From Fibrobacteria bacterium (lineage in GTDB: Bacteria; Fibrobacterota; Chitinivibrionia; Chitinivibrionales; FEN-1185): 64,000 bases of DNA. The notes below the pieces were generated by a model that searched no databases, was not told the origin of the DNA, and saw only the letters and a list, made by a program, of their open reading frames with translations. Position numbers and translations under genes: made by a program. Shown here piece by piece: positions 41,153-51,142 of the stretch. The stretch covers positions 19,561 through 83,560 of the forward strand of contig JBBIGR010000018.1 in the NCBI GenBank assembly GCA_037447435.1. Reading direction: 5' to 3'. Numbering within the stretch: position 1 is the first letter of the stretch; each line of letters opens with the position of its first letter.

Positions 41153-42354
41153 TTCTTTTTACGATCCACAATGCCGGAAACTTTCATGGGTAAACCGAAA
41201 ATCCTGATAAAGCCCCGCGCGTCTTTTTGGTCGTAAAAGTCCGTATCGGTAAAGGACGCGAGGTCATCGAGGTATAAGGACTTCGGAGACGAGGCGCCTG
41301 CCGGATAAATTGCGCCTTTGTAAAGTTTTAGTTTGACCGTTCCAGTAACATTTTTCTGCGTTTCGTTGACGAATGCATCGAGCGATTCGCGGAGTTTGGA
41401 AAACCATTGTCCGTTATACACGAGCTCGGCATATTTAAGGCCGACCATTTCTTTGTAATGAAGCGTGTCTTTATCCAAAACCAGGCGTTCGAGTTCCCGG
41501 TGAGCCGCATACAAAATGGAACCGCCCGGAGTTTCGTAAACCCCGCGAGATTTGATGCCCACCAACCTGTTTTCGACCATGTCCACATGGCCGACGCCGT
41601 GAATTGCACCGATACGATTGAGCTCTTCTAAAAGCGCCAAAGGATCGAGCTGTTTGCCATTTACGGACACCGGGATGCCTTTTGAAAAACCAACGCTTAC
41701 GTATTGATGTTTTGCAGGTGCCTTTTCAATAGTACTTGATAATGTATAGACATTGTCCGGCGGCTCATTTGCAGGATTTTCAAGGACGCCGCCTTCATGG
41801 CTTATGTGCCAAATGTTGCGGTCTTCGGAGTAAATCCGTTTCTTGGATTGACTGACAGGAATATTCCGTTCGGCAGCATAGGCCAGGCAGTCTTCACGGG
41901 AATGAAGCGTCCATTTTGGGTCTTTCCATGGGGAAATAATTTCAAGCGTTGGGTCCAAGGCCATAACGGTAAGCTCGAAACGGACTTGGTCGTTACCCTT
42001 TCCTGTTGCTCCATGCGCAACGGCCTGAGCTTTTTCCTTATGCGCAACCTCTACGGCGCGTTTGGCAATGATGGGTCTTGCAAAACTCGTTCCCAACAAA
42101 TAACTTCCTTCGTAAACAGCGTGAGCTTTGAGAGTGGGGAATATATAATCGGTAACGAATTCCTCACGCAAATCTTCCAAGTAATATTTGGATGCACCGG
42201 TTTTGATCGCCTTCTCTTTAAGTCCGCTGGTTTCCTCGGCTTGACCGACATCGGCGCACATGGCAATGACTTCGCAATTATAATTCTCTTTGAGCCAGTG
42301 GATCATGATTGATGTGTCGAGACCGCCCGAATACAAAAGAACGACTTTTTTCAT
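41149..42354 (-). CDS. argG: Argininosuccinate synthase
   Basis: [39 protein letters not shown]. Confidence 0.98.
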   Translation of the reverse strand: MKKVVLLYSGGLDTSIMIHWLKENYNCEVIAMCADVGQAEETSGLKEKAIKTGASKYYLEDLREEFVTDYIFPTLKAHAVYEGSYLLGTSFARPIIAKRAVEVAHKEKAQAVAHGATGKGNDQVRFELTVMALDPTLEIISPWKDPKWTLHSREDCLAYAAERNIPVSQSKKRIYSEDRNIWHISHEGGVLENPANEPPDNVYTLSSTIEKAPAKHQYVSVGFSKGIPVSVNGKQLDPLALLEELNRIGAIHGVGHVDMVENRLVGIKSRGVYETPGGSILYAAHRELERLVLDKDTLHYKEMVGLKYAELVYNGQWFSKLRESLDAFVNETQKNVTGTVKLKLYKGAIYPAGASSPKSLYLDDLASFTDTDFYDQKDARGFIRIFGLPMKVSGIVDRKKK

Positions 42355-42388
42355 GGCAGGAATCCTTGTTTATAGGTGAAAGAAATAA

Positions 42389-43618
42389 TTATCTGTATAG
42401 CTCTAAAACAGCGGGTTTGTTTTTATTGTCTCTGGTATCGACCGCAAAATAAATGCCGGTGGCAGGTACCAAAATCGAAACGGTTGATTTTTGAGCTAAA
42501 GCAATCGGGTGTAAATCGATTTGTTTACCGAAGCAATCGAAAAACGATATTTGCGATATTGCCGTATTGTTTTGGAGTATCAACGTATTGTGTTTGCCCG
42601 TACGGATCCATGAGGCTGGATGCTCGATAAGTGATCGTGATGACAATTGGATTTTTGATGCCACTTTTCCCGAATCGCAGTTGATGATTGCGCCGAGAAA
42701 GGAATTTATAACCGATACTGCCGTATCGAACTGCGGTACGGTCACGGCAATGCCGTGTGAAGCACCGGGGAAAACCTTGATCCGTGAAAAAACGCTTTGG
42801 CCTATCGCACGTTGATTAATTGAAATGCTGCCGTATACCTTGAAAATTCCAGGAATGTTAAATACCCATCCGGCATTAGAAGGAACGATCGGGTCCGATG
42901 ATTCATGGATGCTGACAATTGGAAGGTTTCCTGCAGCAAGCCATGCGGTATCGCCGATTGCGCCCCAACAGTTGATAACGCCTCTAAAATGGGAAGAATA
43001 TCCCGGCGAACCGCTGCTGCCTTCCAATGATCCGAGTTGAGTGGTATCGACATTAGCCATTATTTCGTTTTGATCCATATATGCTGCCTGTATCGCTATA
43101 AATGCGCCGGCGGAAGTGCCGCCGCAAAAAATAAGGGCAGTGTCGATGTGAAAAGAATCGGCGCGGCTTCGGAAAAAACGGATTGCCGCTTTTAAATCCT
43201 GGACCGCCCGATAATTTGCTTTTTGGAGTTCTGCGCCGCTGTATACCGCATCGGCATTGCTGAGCCGGTATGTAATCGAGGCGGTCGCGTAGCCGCGTGA
43301 GGCGAATTCATGGCATAGTCGAACAATGGCCGGCTCGGTTTTTACACCGGAAACAAAACTGCCGCCATGGGCGAGAATAAGCAAGGGCCGTTTATGCGAC
43401 GTATCTCGTTTTGCCTGATAAAAATCAAAAAACAAGGTGTCGGAGTCGCCGTTGACATCTATGTTTTTGCCGTAGACGATGTTGCGGACCGTATCGAATG
43501 TCGAGTAAACCGGCAGCATATGGGTCTGGGAACAGATATCCTGGGCGACCGACACGGTAAATAAACAAAAGAGAATCGAAGCTAAAACAAGACGGGCACG
43601 GAGAATAAATTTCAGCAT
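42389..43618 (-). CDS. Secreted alpha/beta-hydrolase (carboxylesterase-like) with C-terminal sorting-like domain
   Basis: Signal peptide, HGGSF oxyanion motif, GTSAG nucleophile elbow, DPIVP, GASH; C-terminus ..FFDCFGKQI..GIYF. Confidence 0.85.
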   Translation of the reverse strand: MLKFILRARLVLASILFCLFTVSVAQDICSQTHMLPVYSTFDTVRNIVYGKNIDVNGDSDTLFFDFYQAKRDTSHKRPLLILAHGGSFVSGVKTEPAIVRLCHEFASRGYATASITYRLSNADAVYSGAELQKANYRAVQDLKAAIRFFRSRADSFHIDTALIFCGGTSAGAFIAIQAAYMDQNEIMANVDTTQLGSLEGSSGSPGYSSHFRGVINCWGAIGDTAWLAAGNLPIVSIHESSDPIVPSNAGWVFNIPGIFKVYGSISINQRAIGQSVFSRIKVFPGASHGIAVTVPQFDTAVSVINSFLGAIINCDSGKVASKIQLSSRSLIEHPASWIRTGKHNTLILQNNTAISQISFFDCFGKQIDLHPIALAQKSTVSILVPATGIYFAVDTRDNKNKPAVLELYR

Positions 43619-44790
43619 GATTGCAATGCATCCTCGAAGATAGTCAAAGCGGTGTCGACATCCGCTTTTTCGGCAATGAGGGGCGGCATAAAGCGGATAG
43701 TATTATGTTCGGCCTTGATAAGGAGCAATCCTTTTTCTTTGCAGAGAGGAATAAGAGGTTTTGGGTCTATGGAAAGTTCCACACCGATTAATAACCCTTT
43801 TCCTCGGACCTCGACCATGACGGGATACGAATCTTTGAGTTCGTTTAACTTTTCCTGGGTATAATTTCCGATGGTTTGCACGTGAGAGAGAAATGCCGGT
43901 TCGGAAACAATGGATAATAATTCATGCCCCAGCGCGCACGCCAAGGGGTTACCGCCGAAGGTCGTACCATGGTTACCGGGGGAGATCGCTTCCGCTATAT
44001 GCTGTTTGCAAAGCACTGCGCCTAAAGGTAATCCGCCGCCCAGAGGCTTTGCCGCGGCAAGTATATCGGGTTCGATCCCAAAATGTTCGTAACACCATAA
44101 TTTGCCGGTTCGGGCAACACCGCATTGTATTTCGTCGAAAACAAGCGCTATGCCATGCGTCGTTGCATAGTCCTTGAGAAATTGCAAGAACCGGGGCGTG
44201 CAAGGGTTAACACCGCCTTCGCCTTGCACCGGTTCGACGATAATTGCGCAAAAATCGTTTTTGTCAAGAACTTCCTGCGCACCGGCAATGTCGTTCAAAT
44301 CGGCGTAATGAAAACCGGCAAGCATGGGCCCGAATCCGTCTTGAAACTGTTGCTGCGCTGTCGCGGAAAGGGCGCCGTAGGTCCGTCCGTGAAATCCCTT
44401 GTAAAAAGAAAGGATATGGAATTTATCTTTTGAAACTTTAGAGCACCATTTTCGCGAAAATTTTATTGCTCCTTCAATAGCCTCTGTGCCGCTATTGCAT
44501 AGAAAAACGCTGTCGCAAAAGCTTTTTTCGACCAAAAGTTTTGCCAAATCGATTTGAGGTTGTGAAAAATATAAATTGGACAAATGCAAAAGCCTGTCCC
44601 CCTGGTCTTTGAGAACGGAAACCAGCCGGGGATGACTGTGCCCGAGCGCGGATACGGCAATGCCGGAACCGAAATCCAAATAACGTTTTCCCTCTGAGTC
44701 GATAAGGTACATTCCCTCGCCGCGCACCATGGGCGAACCCGTTCGAGCAAAGGTCGGGACAAAATAATCGTTGGCATTTTTAAGGCTCAT
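43612..44790 (-). CDS. argD: Acetylornithine aminotransferase
   Basis: GIAVSALGH, NSGTEAIEGAIK, FHGRT, FDEIQCG, AKPLGGG, HGTTFGGNP; start MSLKN at 44790 with a GGAG RBS. Confidence 0.95.
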   Translation of the reverse strand: MSLKNANDYFVPTFARTGSPMVRGEGMYLIDSEGKRYLDFGSGIAVSALGHSHPRLVSVLKDQGDRLLHLSNLYFSQPQIDLAKLLVEKSFCDSVFLCNSGTEAIEGAIKFSRKWCSKVSKDKFHILSFYKGFHGRTYGALSATAQQQFQDGFGPMLAGFHYADLNDIAGAQEVLDKNDFCAIIVEPVQGEGGVNPCTPRFLQFLKDYATTHGIALVFDEIQCGVARTGKLWCYEHFGIEPDILAAAKPLGGGLPLGAVLCKQHIAEAISPGNHGTTFGGNPLACALGHELLSIVSEPAFLSHVQTIGNYTQEKLNELKDSYPVMVEVRGKGLLIGVELSIDPKPLIPLCKEKGLLLIKAEHNTIRFMPPLIAEKADVDTALTIFEDALQSC

Positions 44791-44804
44791 GTAATACTCC
44801 GTTA

Positions 44805-45584
44805 TTATTTGCAAATAATGGTGCCTGTTGCGGTTTCTGCCGACAATTCGTTTTTTAACGTTTCGCTGCCGTACCACCCGCAAATGTGAACTTGTTTAAT
44901 ACCGTTTTCTACCGACTCCCTCGCGCCGCGAACTTTGGGAATCATGCCACCCTTGATACGCTGGGTTGCGATATGGTCTTCTATATCGGACGTTTTCATG
45001 TGACGGCACACTTTCCCGTCGATCAATACGCCCGGCACATCCGAGACAAAAACCAGATCATCGGCACAGAGTGCTTTTGCAATTTCGCTTGCCGCAAGGT
45101 CTGCGTTGACATTGTATATGTTGCCGTCGTTATCGCGGGAAATAGGAGACACGACGGGGATGATGCCGTTTTCCTTGCAAATAGTAATAATTGTTTTATC
45201 GACGGTTGCGATTTTGCCGACGAATCCGATATCTTGTCCGTTAATAGTCATGCGTGATGCGCTGAGAAAATTTACATCGACCCCGCTTATCCCGATGGCT
45301 TTAACCCCGGCGGACAGAAGCGCATTGGTGATCCGTTTGTTGACGTCACCGGAAAGCACCATTTGTACGACGCTTACCGTGTCCGCATCGGTGACGCGCA
45401 TTCCTTCAATGAATTTATATTCTTTTTTCTGTAAATCGAGTTGTCGGGCGATGTCTTTGCCGCCGCCGTGAATGATGATGGGGAAATGATGTTTTGCAAT
45501 TGCTGCAACGCTTTTCCCAAAGTCCTTGAAAAATCCCGTTGAGTCTAAAGTCGATCCGCCGACTTTAATACAGACAATGCCCAT
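44805..45584 (-). CDS. argB: Acetylglutamate kinase
   Basis: IKVGGS, IHGGG, GMRVTD, NVNAD, SDVPGV, GGMIPK. Confidence 0.96.
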   Translation of the reverse strand: MGIVCIKVGGSTLDSTGFFKDFGKSVAAIAKHHFPIIIHGGGKDIARQLDLQKKEYKFIEGMRVTDADTVSVVQMVLSGDVNKRITNALLSAGVKAIGISGVDVNFLSASRMTINGQDIGFVGKIATVDKTIITICKENGIIPVVSPISRDNDGNIYNVNADLAASEIAKALCADDLVFVSDVPGVLIDGKVCRHMKTSDIEDHIATQRIKGGMIPKVRGARESVENGIKQVHICGWYGSETLKNELSAETATGTIICK

Positions 45585-45598
45585 TGCTTAAAATCCTT

Positions 45599-46624
45599 TT
45601 ATAAAAGTGATGCGGTTTCTTCAAAACCAAACATGATATTCATATTCTGGACGGCCTGACCGCTTGCGCCTTTGACAAGATTGTCTATTGTGCAAACTGC
45701 AATAACCGGTTGTCCGTTTGTCCCGCCGGTAAATGTCATATCGCAAAAATTGGTCCGGGCCACTTCGCTAATACTCGGTAAATCGTTTGGTTCTCTGATC
45801 CGAATGAAAGGCTCGTTTGCGTAGGCTTTTCTTACAATTTCCAAACATTCGGGGCCTGCTTTGTTTGTCGAAATATAAATGGTAGAAAGTATGCCTCTGT
45901 TTGTAGGCAATAAATGCGGTGAAAACGTTATAGTTATCGGTTTACCGCCGGCGAGAGCGAATTCCTGCTCGATTTCGGCGATGTGCCGATGGCTATGACC
46001 AATAGAATATGCCGAAAAATCTTCATGAACTTCAGCAAAATGCGAAGTCAATTTAAGCGATCGCCCTGCGCCTGAAACCCCGGATTTAGAATCGGCAATT
46101 ATACTTGCAATCTGCGTTGTTTTATCTTTAAAAAGCGGCAAAAGCGGCAGCATGATGCTTGATGAATAACAACCCGGATTTGCGATGATTTTCGCTTTTG
46201 CGATAGCGGCCCGGTAATGTTCGCATAGGCCGAATACTGCTTGTTTTAGGAGCTCGGGACAGGGGTGTTCGGTTTTATACCACTTGGCATATTCCTGAGG
46301 ATCTCGTATCCTGAAATCGGCACTAAGGTCTACCACGGAAACCCCTTTATTGATAAAAGGGATTAAAAGAGCCGCAGAGGCTGCATGCGGAAGGCAGGAA
46401 AATACGCAGTCGATATTTTGATCGATGGTTGTTTCGGGAGCGATTAACGAAAGATCGCAAATCCGTTTTAGCTCGGGGAAAACATCGCTAATCTTTTGAT
46501 TTGCATACGACTGGGAAGAAACAAACCCTATGGTAACCATCGGATGGTTTTTAAGGATTTTAACAAGCTCTACTCCGGTATACCCGGTCGCGCCGAGAAT
46601 TCCTACGCTTATTTTTTTTGGCAT
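45599..46624 (-). CDS. argC: N-acetyl-gamma-glutamyl-phosphate reductase
   Basis: GATGYTG, DLSADFR, ANPGCY, SGVSGAG, DNLVKGASGQAVQN. Confidence 0.98.
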   Translation of the reverse strand: MPKKISVGILGATGYTGVELVKILKNHPMVTIGFVSSQSYANQKISDVFPELKRICDLSLIAPETTIDQNIDCVFSCLPHAASAALLIPFINKGVSVVDLSADFRIRDPQEYAKWYKTEHPCPELLKQAVFGLCEHYRAAIAKAKIIANPGCYSSSIMLPLLPLFKDKTTQIASIIADSKSGVSGAGRSLKLTSHFAEVHEDFSAYSIGHSHRHIAEIEQEFALAGGKPITITFSPHLLPTNRGILSTIYISTNKAGPECLEIVRKAYANEPFIRIREPNDLPSISEVARTNFCDMTFTGGTNGQPVIAVCTIDNLVKGASGQAVQNMNIMFGFEETASLL

Positions 46625-46696
46625 ATGATTCCTTTAATAAAAGAGTGCCTTGTTAAAATAATTTATCTGAGACGACAAAGTAACAAGGAAAGGAAA

Positions 46697-46729
46697 CGGG
46701 CTTTTAATCTGAAGAAAGTTAAAAGCCCG
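46697..46729 (-). terminator. Rho-independent terminator of the CBM6/RCC1 gene
   Basis: Inverted repeat CGGGCTTTTAA..TTAAAAGCCCG, followed on the minus strand by TTTCCTTT. Confidence 0.7.
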
Positions 46730-46747
46730 GAAAAATCCAGAGGTTTT

Positions 46748-49519
46748 TTATCTGCCGAGAAGAATTGGTTGTGGCTTTAGCCAGTTTACCGTAATTGGGC
46801 CTGTTCCAAGATCGCCAAACGCGCCTATTCCGCATCCCCAAAGACTACCGTCTTCTTTGAGCATTAAGGTATGCGCTTGTCCTACGGCGATGCTTTGCAC
46901 GCCAGAATCCACCTTAACCGGTGTATAATAAATATTAGTGTCTCCTGTACCAAGTTCGCCGCCATCATTTATTCCAAACCCCCAAACCGTACTGTCGGCT
47001 TTTAGTATAAAACTATAGTCGCAGCCGGCCGATACCTCTTTTACACCAGCCAGTACCTGTGTCGGAGTTAATTTAGTTACATCGGTATTATCTCCCAGTT
47101 CTCCATTGCTATTTAAGCCAGAAGCCCACAGAGAGCCATTTGTCTGGACAATAAGGCTGTGGTCCCACCCACCGGCAATACCTTTGACGTCAGTCATAAT
47201 TTGAATCGGGATATACCGGTCATTGATTGTTCCATCACCGACCTGGCCGGTCGCATTATATCCGAATGTCCATAAAGTTCCGTCGGTTTTCACTACGAGG
47301 TTATGCCAGGATTGTCCTTTTGCCAATGTTTTTACATTCGACATTATCAGTTCCGGCAATAAATGGCTGACAGTCGTATTGTCACCAAGTTCACCTATTT
47401 CATTATCGCCACAACCCCAAAGGGTGCCGTCTGTTTTCAACATAAGACTGAATTCGCCCCCTGCTCTCATGGATTGCACGTTGGACATTACTTGGACCGG
47501 AGTGTAACGATCGGTTGTTGTGCCGTCGCCTAACTGGCCATATAAATTTTCCCCGCAAGCCCATAATGTACCATCTATCTTTAAAAAAAGTGAATGTGAA
47601 ATTCCTGAAGACATTGCCTTAACTCCGGACATAATATGAACCGGATTTGTCCGGTTTTGTGTTGTGCCGTCGCCGAGTTGGCCGTATTCATTTGATCCCA
47701 AAGCCCAAAGGGCATTATCGGAAGTCAGAAAGAAAGTGGATACGTCACCAGCGGCTATGCTGGAAATTGAAGTGAAATGGATTGTATTGATATTAAATAA
47801 ATCGATGCTTTTATTACCAATAAATTTTATATACAACGAATGCTTACCAATTACTTTAGGGAAATTACAGAGGACATCTGCCCATGTCTGCCATCCGCCG
47901 GTTTGGGGAACAGCGCATGAGGCCAAAAGCGGGGAATTCGCGCTGTCGAGCCGAAGCTCTATTGAGCCGCCGTTACTGCCGGTTGCAATCCGGGCGCAAA
48001 ACACTGTTGCGCCGCCGATCCCGAAATTAACATTGTAGAAAACGAGGGCGTCCTGGTCTTGAATTCCGCTAACGTCAAGCCCTCCTTCAGAACAGGGCTC
48101 CGTGACAATTCCCGACATGGTACTAAATGATGCTGCGGGAATAGTGGCGAAAGCATCGAAACTGTCGTTGCAAACGGCAATCTTCGCTGTTCCGATCATT
48201 GTTTGCGCCGAAGCGTTAATGGTGAAGGGGCCACCAATGGTATTAAATGCGGTAAATAGACCATTGGTATCAATGGTGCCACCACTGCTTGCTGACCAAA
48301 CGAAATTCGGCTGCTGCAAAAGCGAATTTCCGAACTGGTCGGAATCTGCAATAGCAACGAATTGTTGTTGCGCATTTATGAGAATTCGCTGATAATCGGG
48401 TTTTATTGCTATCCCTCTTGCCCTTTGCTGTACTTGTAAGATGAGAGTATCGGCAATGCTGAGTCCTCCTTTATCTGTGATAACGACATGAAGGGGATAG
48501 GTTCCTGCTTTTGCAAAAGAGATTGTGGTTGTCTTGGCCGCGTTGGTTGCATTTATGCCGAATTGAACAGGCGTAACCGGTGTGCCGAGTACATCCCATG
48601 TATAGGTGAGATTCGATTCGCCGGCATCATCCGTACCAAGTACGCTAATGACAGTGGAAGTGGTTACAACAGGGTTTGATGTTGCAAAAGCCGGTTTTGC
48701 AATTTTCGGGGGAGTATTAACTGTGGTAACATTGACGGTAACGCATGAGCTAATAGTTTTTTTTGGAGGTTCTATTCCCCGAAGTGGTCTTTCATAGTTG
48801 AATCCGCGATCTGAAACTTTGACAACGAAAACATAGGTTCCTGCAATCGGAATTGTAGCTGATATTGTTTTTGAGACATTTGATCCGTTTTTTCCAAAAG
48901 TAACCGGGCCGGGGCCAGATATTTTTTTCCAGGCATATTTTAAATTCTGTTCGCCGCCGTCATCCGCAGCACTTACACTGAGCGTAGTTGTCGCTCCGGC
49001 ATTAATAGTGGCAGGCATTGCTATCGGTGTTGAAATGGTTGGAGCAGCGTTGAAGTAAATGCAATCGAAACGAGCAAATTCACCTGGAGGTGAATAAGTT
49101 CCTTGAAATGAAATAGTCCATCCTTTTTTAATAGTAACTCCTAAAAGTGTCCGGGATACTAGGTTGCAAACCGCCGGGACAGTGCTGCAAGACCCCTGTC
49201 GACTTGATTTCCAGAAGTCAACTCTGGCTCCATTTACAAAGACGGAAAACTCGCTGTTCCCGTCTTTTTCATCGAAATACCAGACTTTAATGTCGTATGA
49301 GCCATCGGGACCGCTGAACGCCCACTGGGCAGTGCCCGTGGCGTCTTTGTCTACTTTAATACATTTTCCGTCGGAAGCGAAAACCGAATTTTCCTTTGAG
49401 TAATTTGTGAGAGCCATTGTTTCGGCTTGAGTAAAAATTTGCGATCTTGCATCAAAAATTAAGAATAGCAGCAAGATAATGAGCCAGTTTTGATTTTTAT
49501 TGAATAGTATCATATTCAT
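46748..49519 (-). CDS. Secreted multidomain protein: CBM-like, two PKD/Ig-like, CBM6 and RCC1-like beta-propeller repeats
   Basis: Signal peptide; DDGGE/DDAGE..LxYxW repeats; CBM6-like EPCSEGG..SIELRLDS..TGGWQTW; about six LW..G.N..GQLGDGT repeats. Confidence 0.85.
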   Translation of the reverse strand: MNMILFNKNQNWLIILLLFLIFDARSQIFTQAETMALTNYSKENSVFASDGKCIKVDKDATGTAQWAFSGPDGSYDIKVWYFDEKDGNSEFSVFVNGARVDFWKSSRQGSCSTVPAVCNLVSRTLLGVTIKKGWTISFQGTYSPPGEFARFDCIYFNAAPTISTPIAMPATINAGATTTLSVSAADDGGEQNLKYAWKKISGPGPVTFGKNGSNVSKTISATIPIAGTYVFVVKVSDRGFNYERPLRGIEPPKKTISSCVTVNVTTVNTPPKIAKPAFATSNPVVTTSTVISVLGTDDAGESNLTYTWDVLGTPVTPVQFGINATNAAKTTTISFAKAGTYPLHVVITDKGGLSIADTLILQVQQRARGIAIKPDYQRILINAQQQFVAIADSDQFGNSLLQQPNFVWSASSGGTIDTNGLFTAFNTIGGPFTINASAQTMIGTAKIAVCNDSFDAFATIPAASFSTMSGIVTEPCSEGGLDVSGIQDQDALVFYNVNFGIGGATVFCARIATGSNGGSIELRLDSANSPLLASCAVPQTGGWQTWADVLCNFPKVIGKHSLYIKFIGNKSIDLFNINTIHFTSISSIAAGDVSTFFLTSDNALWALGSNEYGQLGDGTTQNRTNPVHIMSGVKAMSSGISHSLFLKIDGTLWACGENLYGQLGDGTTTDRYTPVQVMSNVQSMRAGGEFSLMLKTDGTLWGCGDNEIGELGDNTTVSHLLPELIMSNVKTLAKGQSWHNLVVKTDGTLWTFGYNATGQVGDGTINDRYIPIQIMTDVKGIAGGWDHSLIVQTNGSLWASGLNSNGELGDNTDVTKLTPTQVLAGVKEVSAGCDYSFILKADSTVWGFGINDGGELGTGDTNIYYTPVKVDSGVQSIAVGQAHTLMLKEDGSLWGCGIGAFGDLGTGPITVNWLKPQPILLGR

Positions 49520-49653
49520 TTGATGGCCTTTTAAAAAAAATTGGTATCAATCATTATAGACTATTCCTTAATATATATATTTTCGCTTTATATCTACAAA
49601 TTCGGCAAAAAACCTGTAAAACTGAAGAGAAAAGTATCCTAAACAAAAAGAAT

Positions 49654-49680
49654 TAAAGAAAATCCAGATTCTGCCGATGA
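49654..49680 (+). promoter_or_regulatory. Sigma-28 (FliA) promoter, distal
   Basis: TAAA-N15-GCCGATGA upstream of flagellin. Confidence 0.8.
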
Positions 49681-49737
49681 ACTAACTAGAGGGTAGTAGG
49701 TTTAAAAATGATTTGACCAAAAAGCGCAAATTAATAG

Positions 49738-49764
49738 TGAAGTGCTTGGTAGGTTTGCCGATAA
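49738..49764 (+). promoter_or_regulatory. Sigma-28 (FliA) promoter, proximal
   Basis: TGAA-N15-GCCGATAA. Confidence 0.75.
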
Positions 49765-49792
49765 ACAATAATAGGTGAAGTCCTAAACACCC

Positions 49793-49846
49793 GCAGGAAC
49801 AAGGATGAATAAACCTGCAATGCCTCAATCCCAACAAGGACGTTGG
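49793..49846 (+). promoter_or_regulatory. CsrA/RsmA-type binding hairpins in the flagellin leader
   Basis: GCAGG..AAGGATG..CCTGC, and a CCAAC-AAGGAC-GTTGG hairpin with the SD-like AAGGA in its loop. Confidence 0.65.
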
Positions 49847-49848
49847 TT

Positions 49849-51042
49849 ATGAGAATCAATCACAATATTTCGGCAATGATTACACAAAGCTCGCTGTATC
49901 AAGTGGGCCAATCGATGCAGAAGTCATTGCAGAAACTGTCAACAGGACTCCGTATAAACTCCGCAGCAGATGATGCTGCAGGACTTGGCGTGTCCGAAAA
50001 TCTCAGAACTCAAGTTACCGGATTGCAGCAGGCAATGAGAAATACTCAAGACGCTATTTCAGTTTTAAATATTGCAGATGGCGCATTGAACGAACAAACC
50101 AGTATTCTCCAACGTATGCGTGAACTAACGGTGCAAGCAAAAAACGATACGTATACTAGTACCGAACGAGCTTACATGGGTCAAGAATTCGACTCGCTTT
50201 TTCATGAACTCGATAGAATTGCTGCATCGACCAATTATAACAAAATGCAGATTTTTGCAACCCCATTTATCAGTTCGAACGGTGGCAACACGGTTTATCC
50301 AGCCGACAATTTGAACGGGTCTCCGCATGAGTTGAGTGATGAACGTACTCTCTTTACTGATCCGAATAACAATGTGTTCGGAGCAAATGATTATGCCAGT
50401 TCCAACCATTTCAATTTTCTGGTTGGAGCAAATTATAATGCACAGGATGCTGCGGCTGCGAATAATGCAAGCGCTTCATGGAATCCCGGTGCCGGTGATA
50501 TGATAACCATGCAATTCGGGCAAATGGATACCAATGCATTATTCACACCTGCACCCGATTCGGCCGGACCAGCTACTGGCATACTCGAAACGCTCACTGC
50601 TGCGGGCAATAATCCGTTTGGCTGGGATACTACACAATCACCCGACCAAGACATTTCTATGGTAATTGCATCTCACACAGCATCTATTCAAGATAAGCTA
50701 AACTTGATTCTGAATTTGATTGACGGTGACCCAGTGGATCCAGAAATTGAAGCGGGTTTTTTTCAATTCGGCGCTGGTCCGGGAACCAATATTACGGGTT
50801 TGAGACGTGTAAACCAGATGCGGGCGAGCATCGGGGCCATGACAAACAGGCTTGAGCACGCAGTTAATAACGATCAAAACCAAATCACTAATCAACAATC
50901 CGCCGAATCTCAGATTCGAGATGTTGATTTTGCCAAAGAAACTGCAACATTCACGAGGAATCAGATTTTAACCCAATCGGCAACGGCAATGTTGTCGCAA
51001 GCTAATTCTGTTCCGCAAAGCGTGCTTCAGTTACTGAAATAA
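49849..51042 (+). CDS. fliC: Flagellin
   Basis: MRINHNISA..KLSTGLRINSAADDAAGL N-terminus; RASIGAMTNRLE..SQIRDVDFAKE..QSVLQLLK C-terminus. Confidence 0.97.
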   Translation: MRINHNISAMITQSSLYQVGQSMQKSLQKLSTGLRINSAADDAAGLGVSENLRTQVTGLQQAMRNTQDAISVLNIADGALNEQTSILQRMRELTVQAKNDTYTSTERAYMGQEFDSLFHELDRIAASTNYNKMQIFATPFISSNGGNTVYPADNLNGSPHELSDERTLFTDPNNNVFGANDYASSNHFNFLVGANYNAQDAAAANNASASWNPGAGDMITMQFGQMDTNALFTPAPDSAGPATGILETLTAAGNNPFGWDTTQSPDQDISMVIASHTASIQDKLNLILNLIDGDPVDPEIEAGFFQFGAGPGTNITGLRRVNQMRASIGAMTNRLEHAVNNDQNQITNQQSAESQIRDVDFAKETATFTRNQILTQSATAMLSQANSVPQSVLQLLK

Positions 51043-51045
51043 TTG

Positions 51046-51072
51046 AAGGTCACCACGATTTGCGGGGACCTT
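51046..51072 (+). terminator. Weak hairpin after flagellin
   Basis: Imperfect AAGGTC..GACCTT stem followed by ATTT. Confidence 0.4.
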
Positions 51073-51142
51073 ATTTCCATCCTTCCAGAGTGTGGGTTCT
51101 TTCAAACTTTTATTATCATATGCGATCAACTATATTTTTCGA

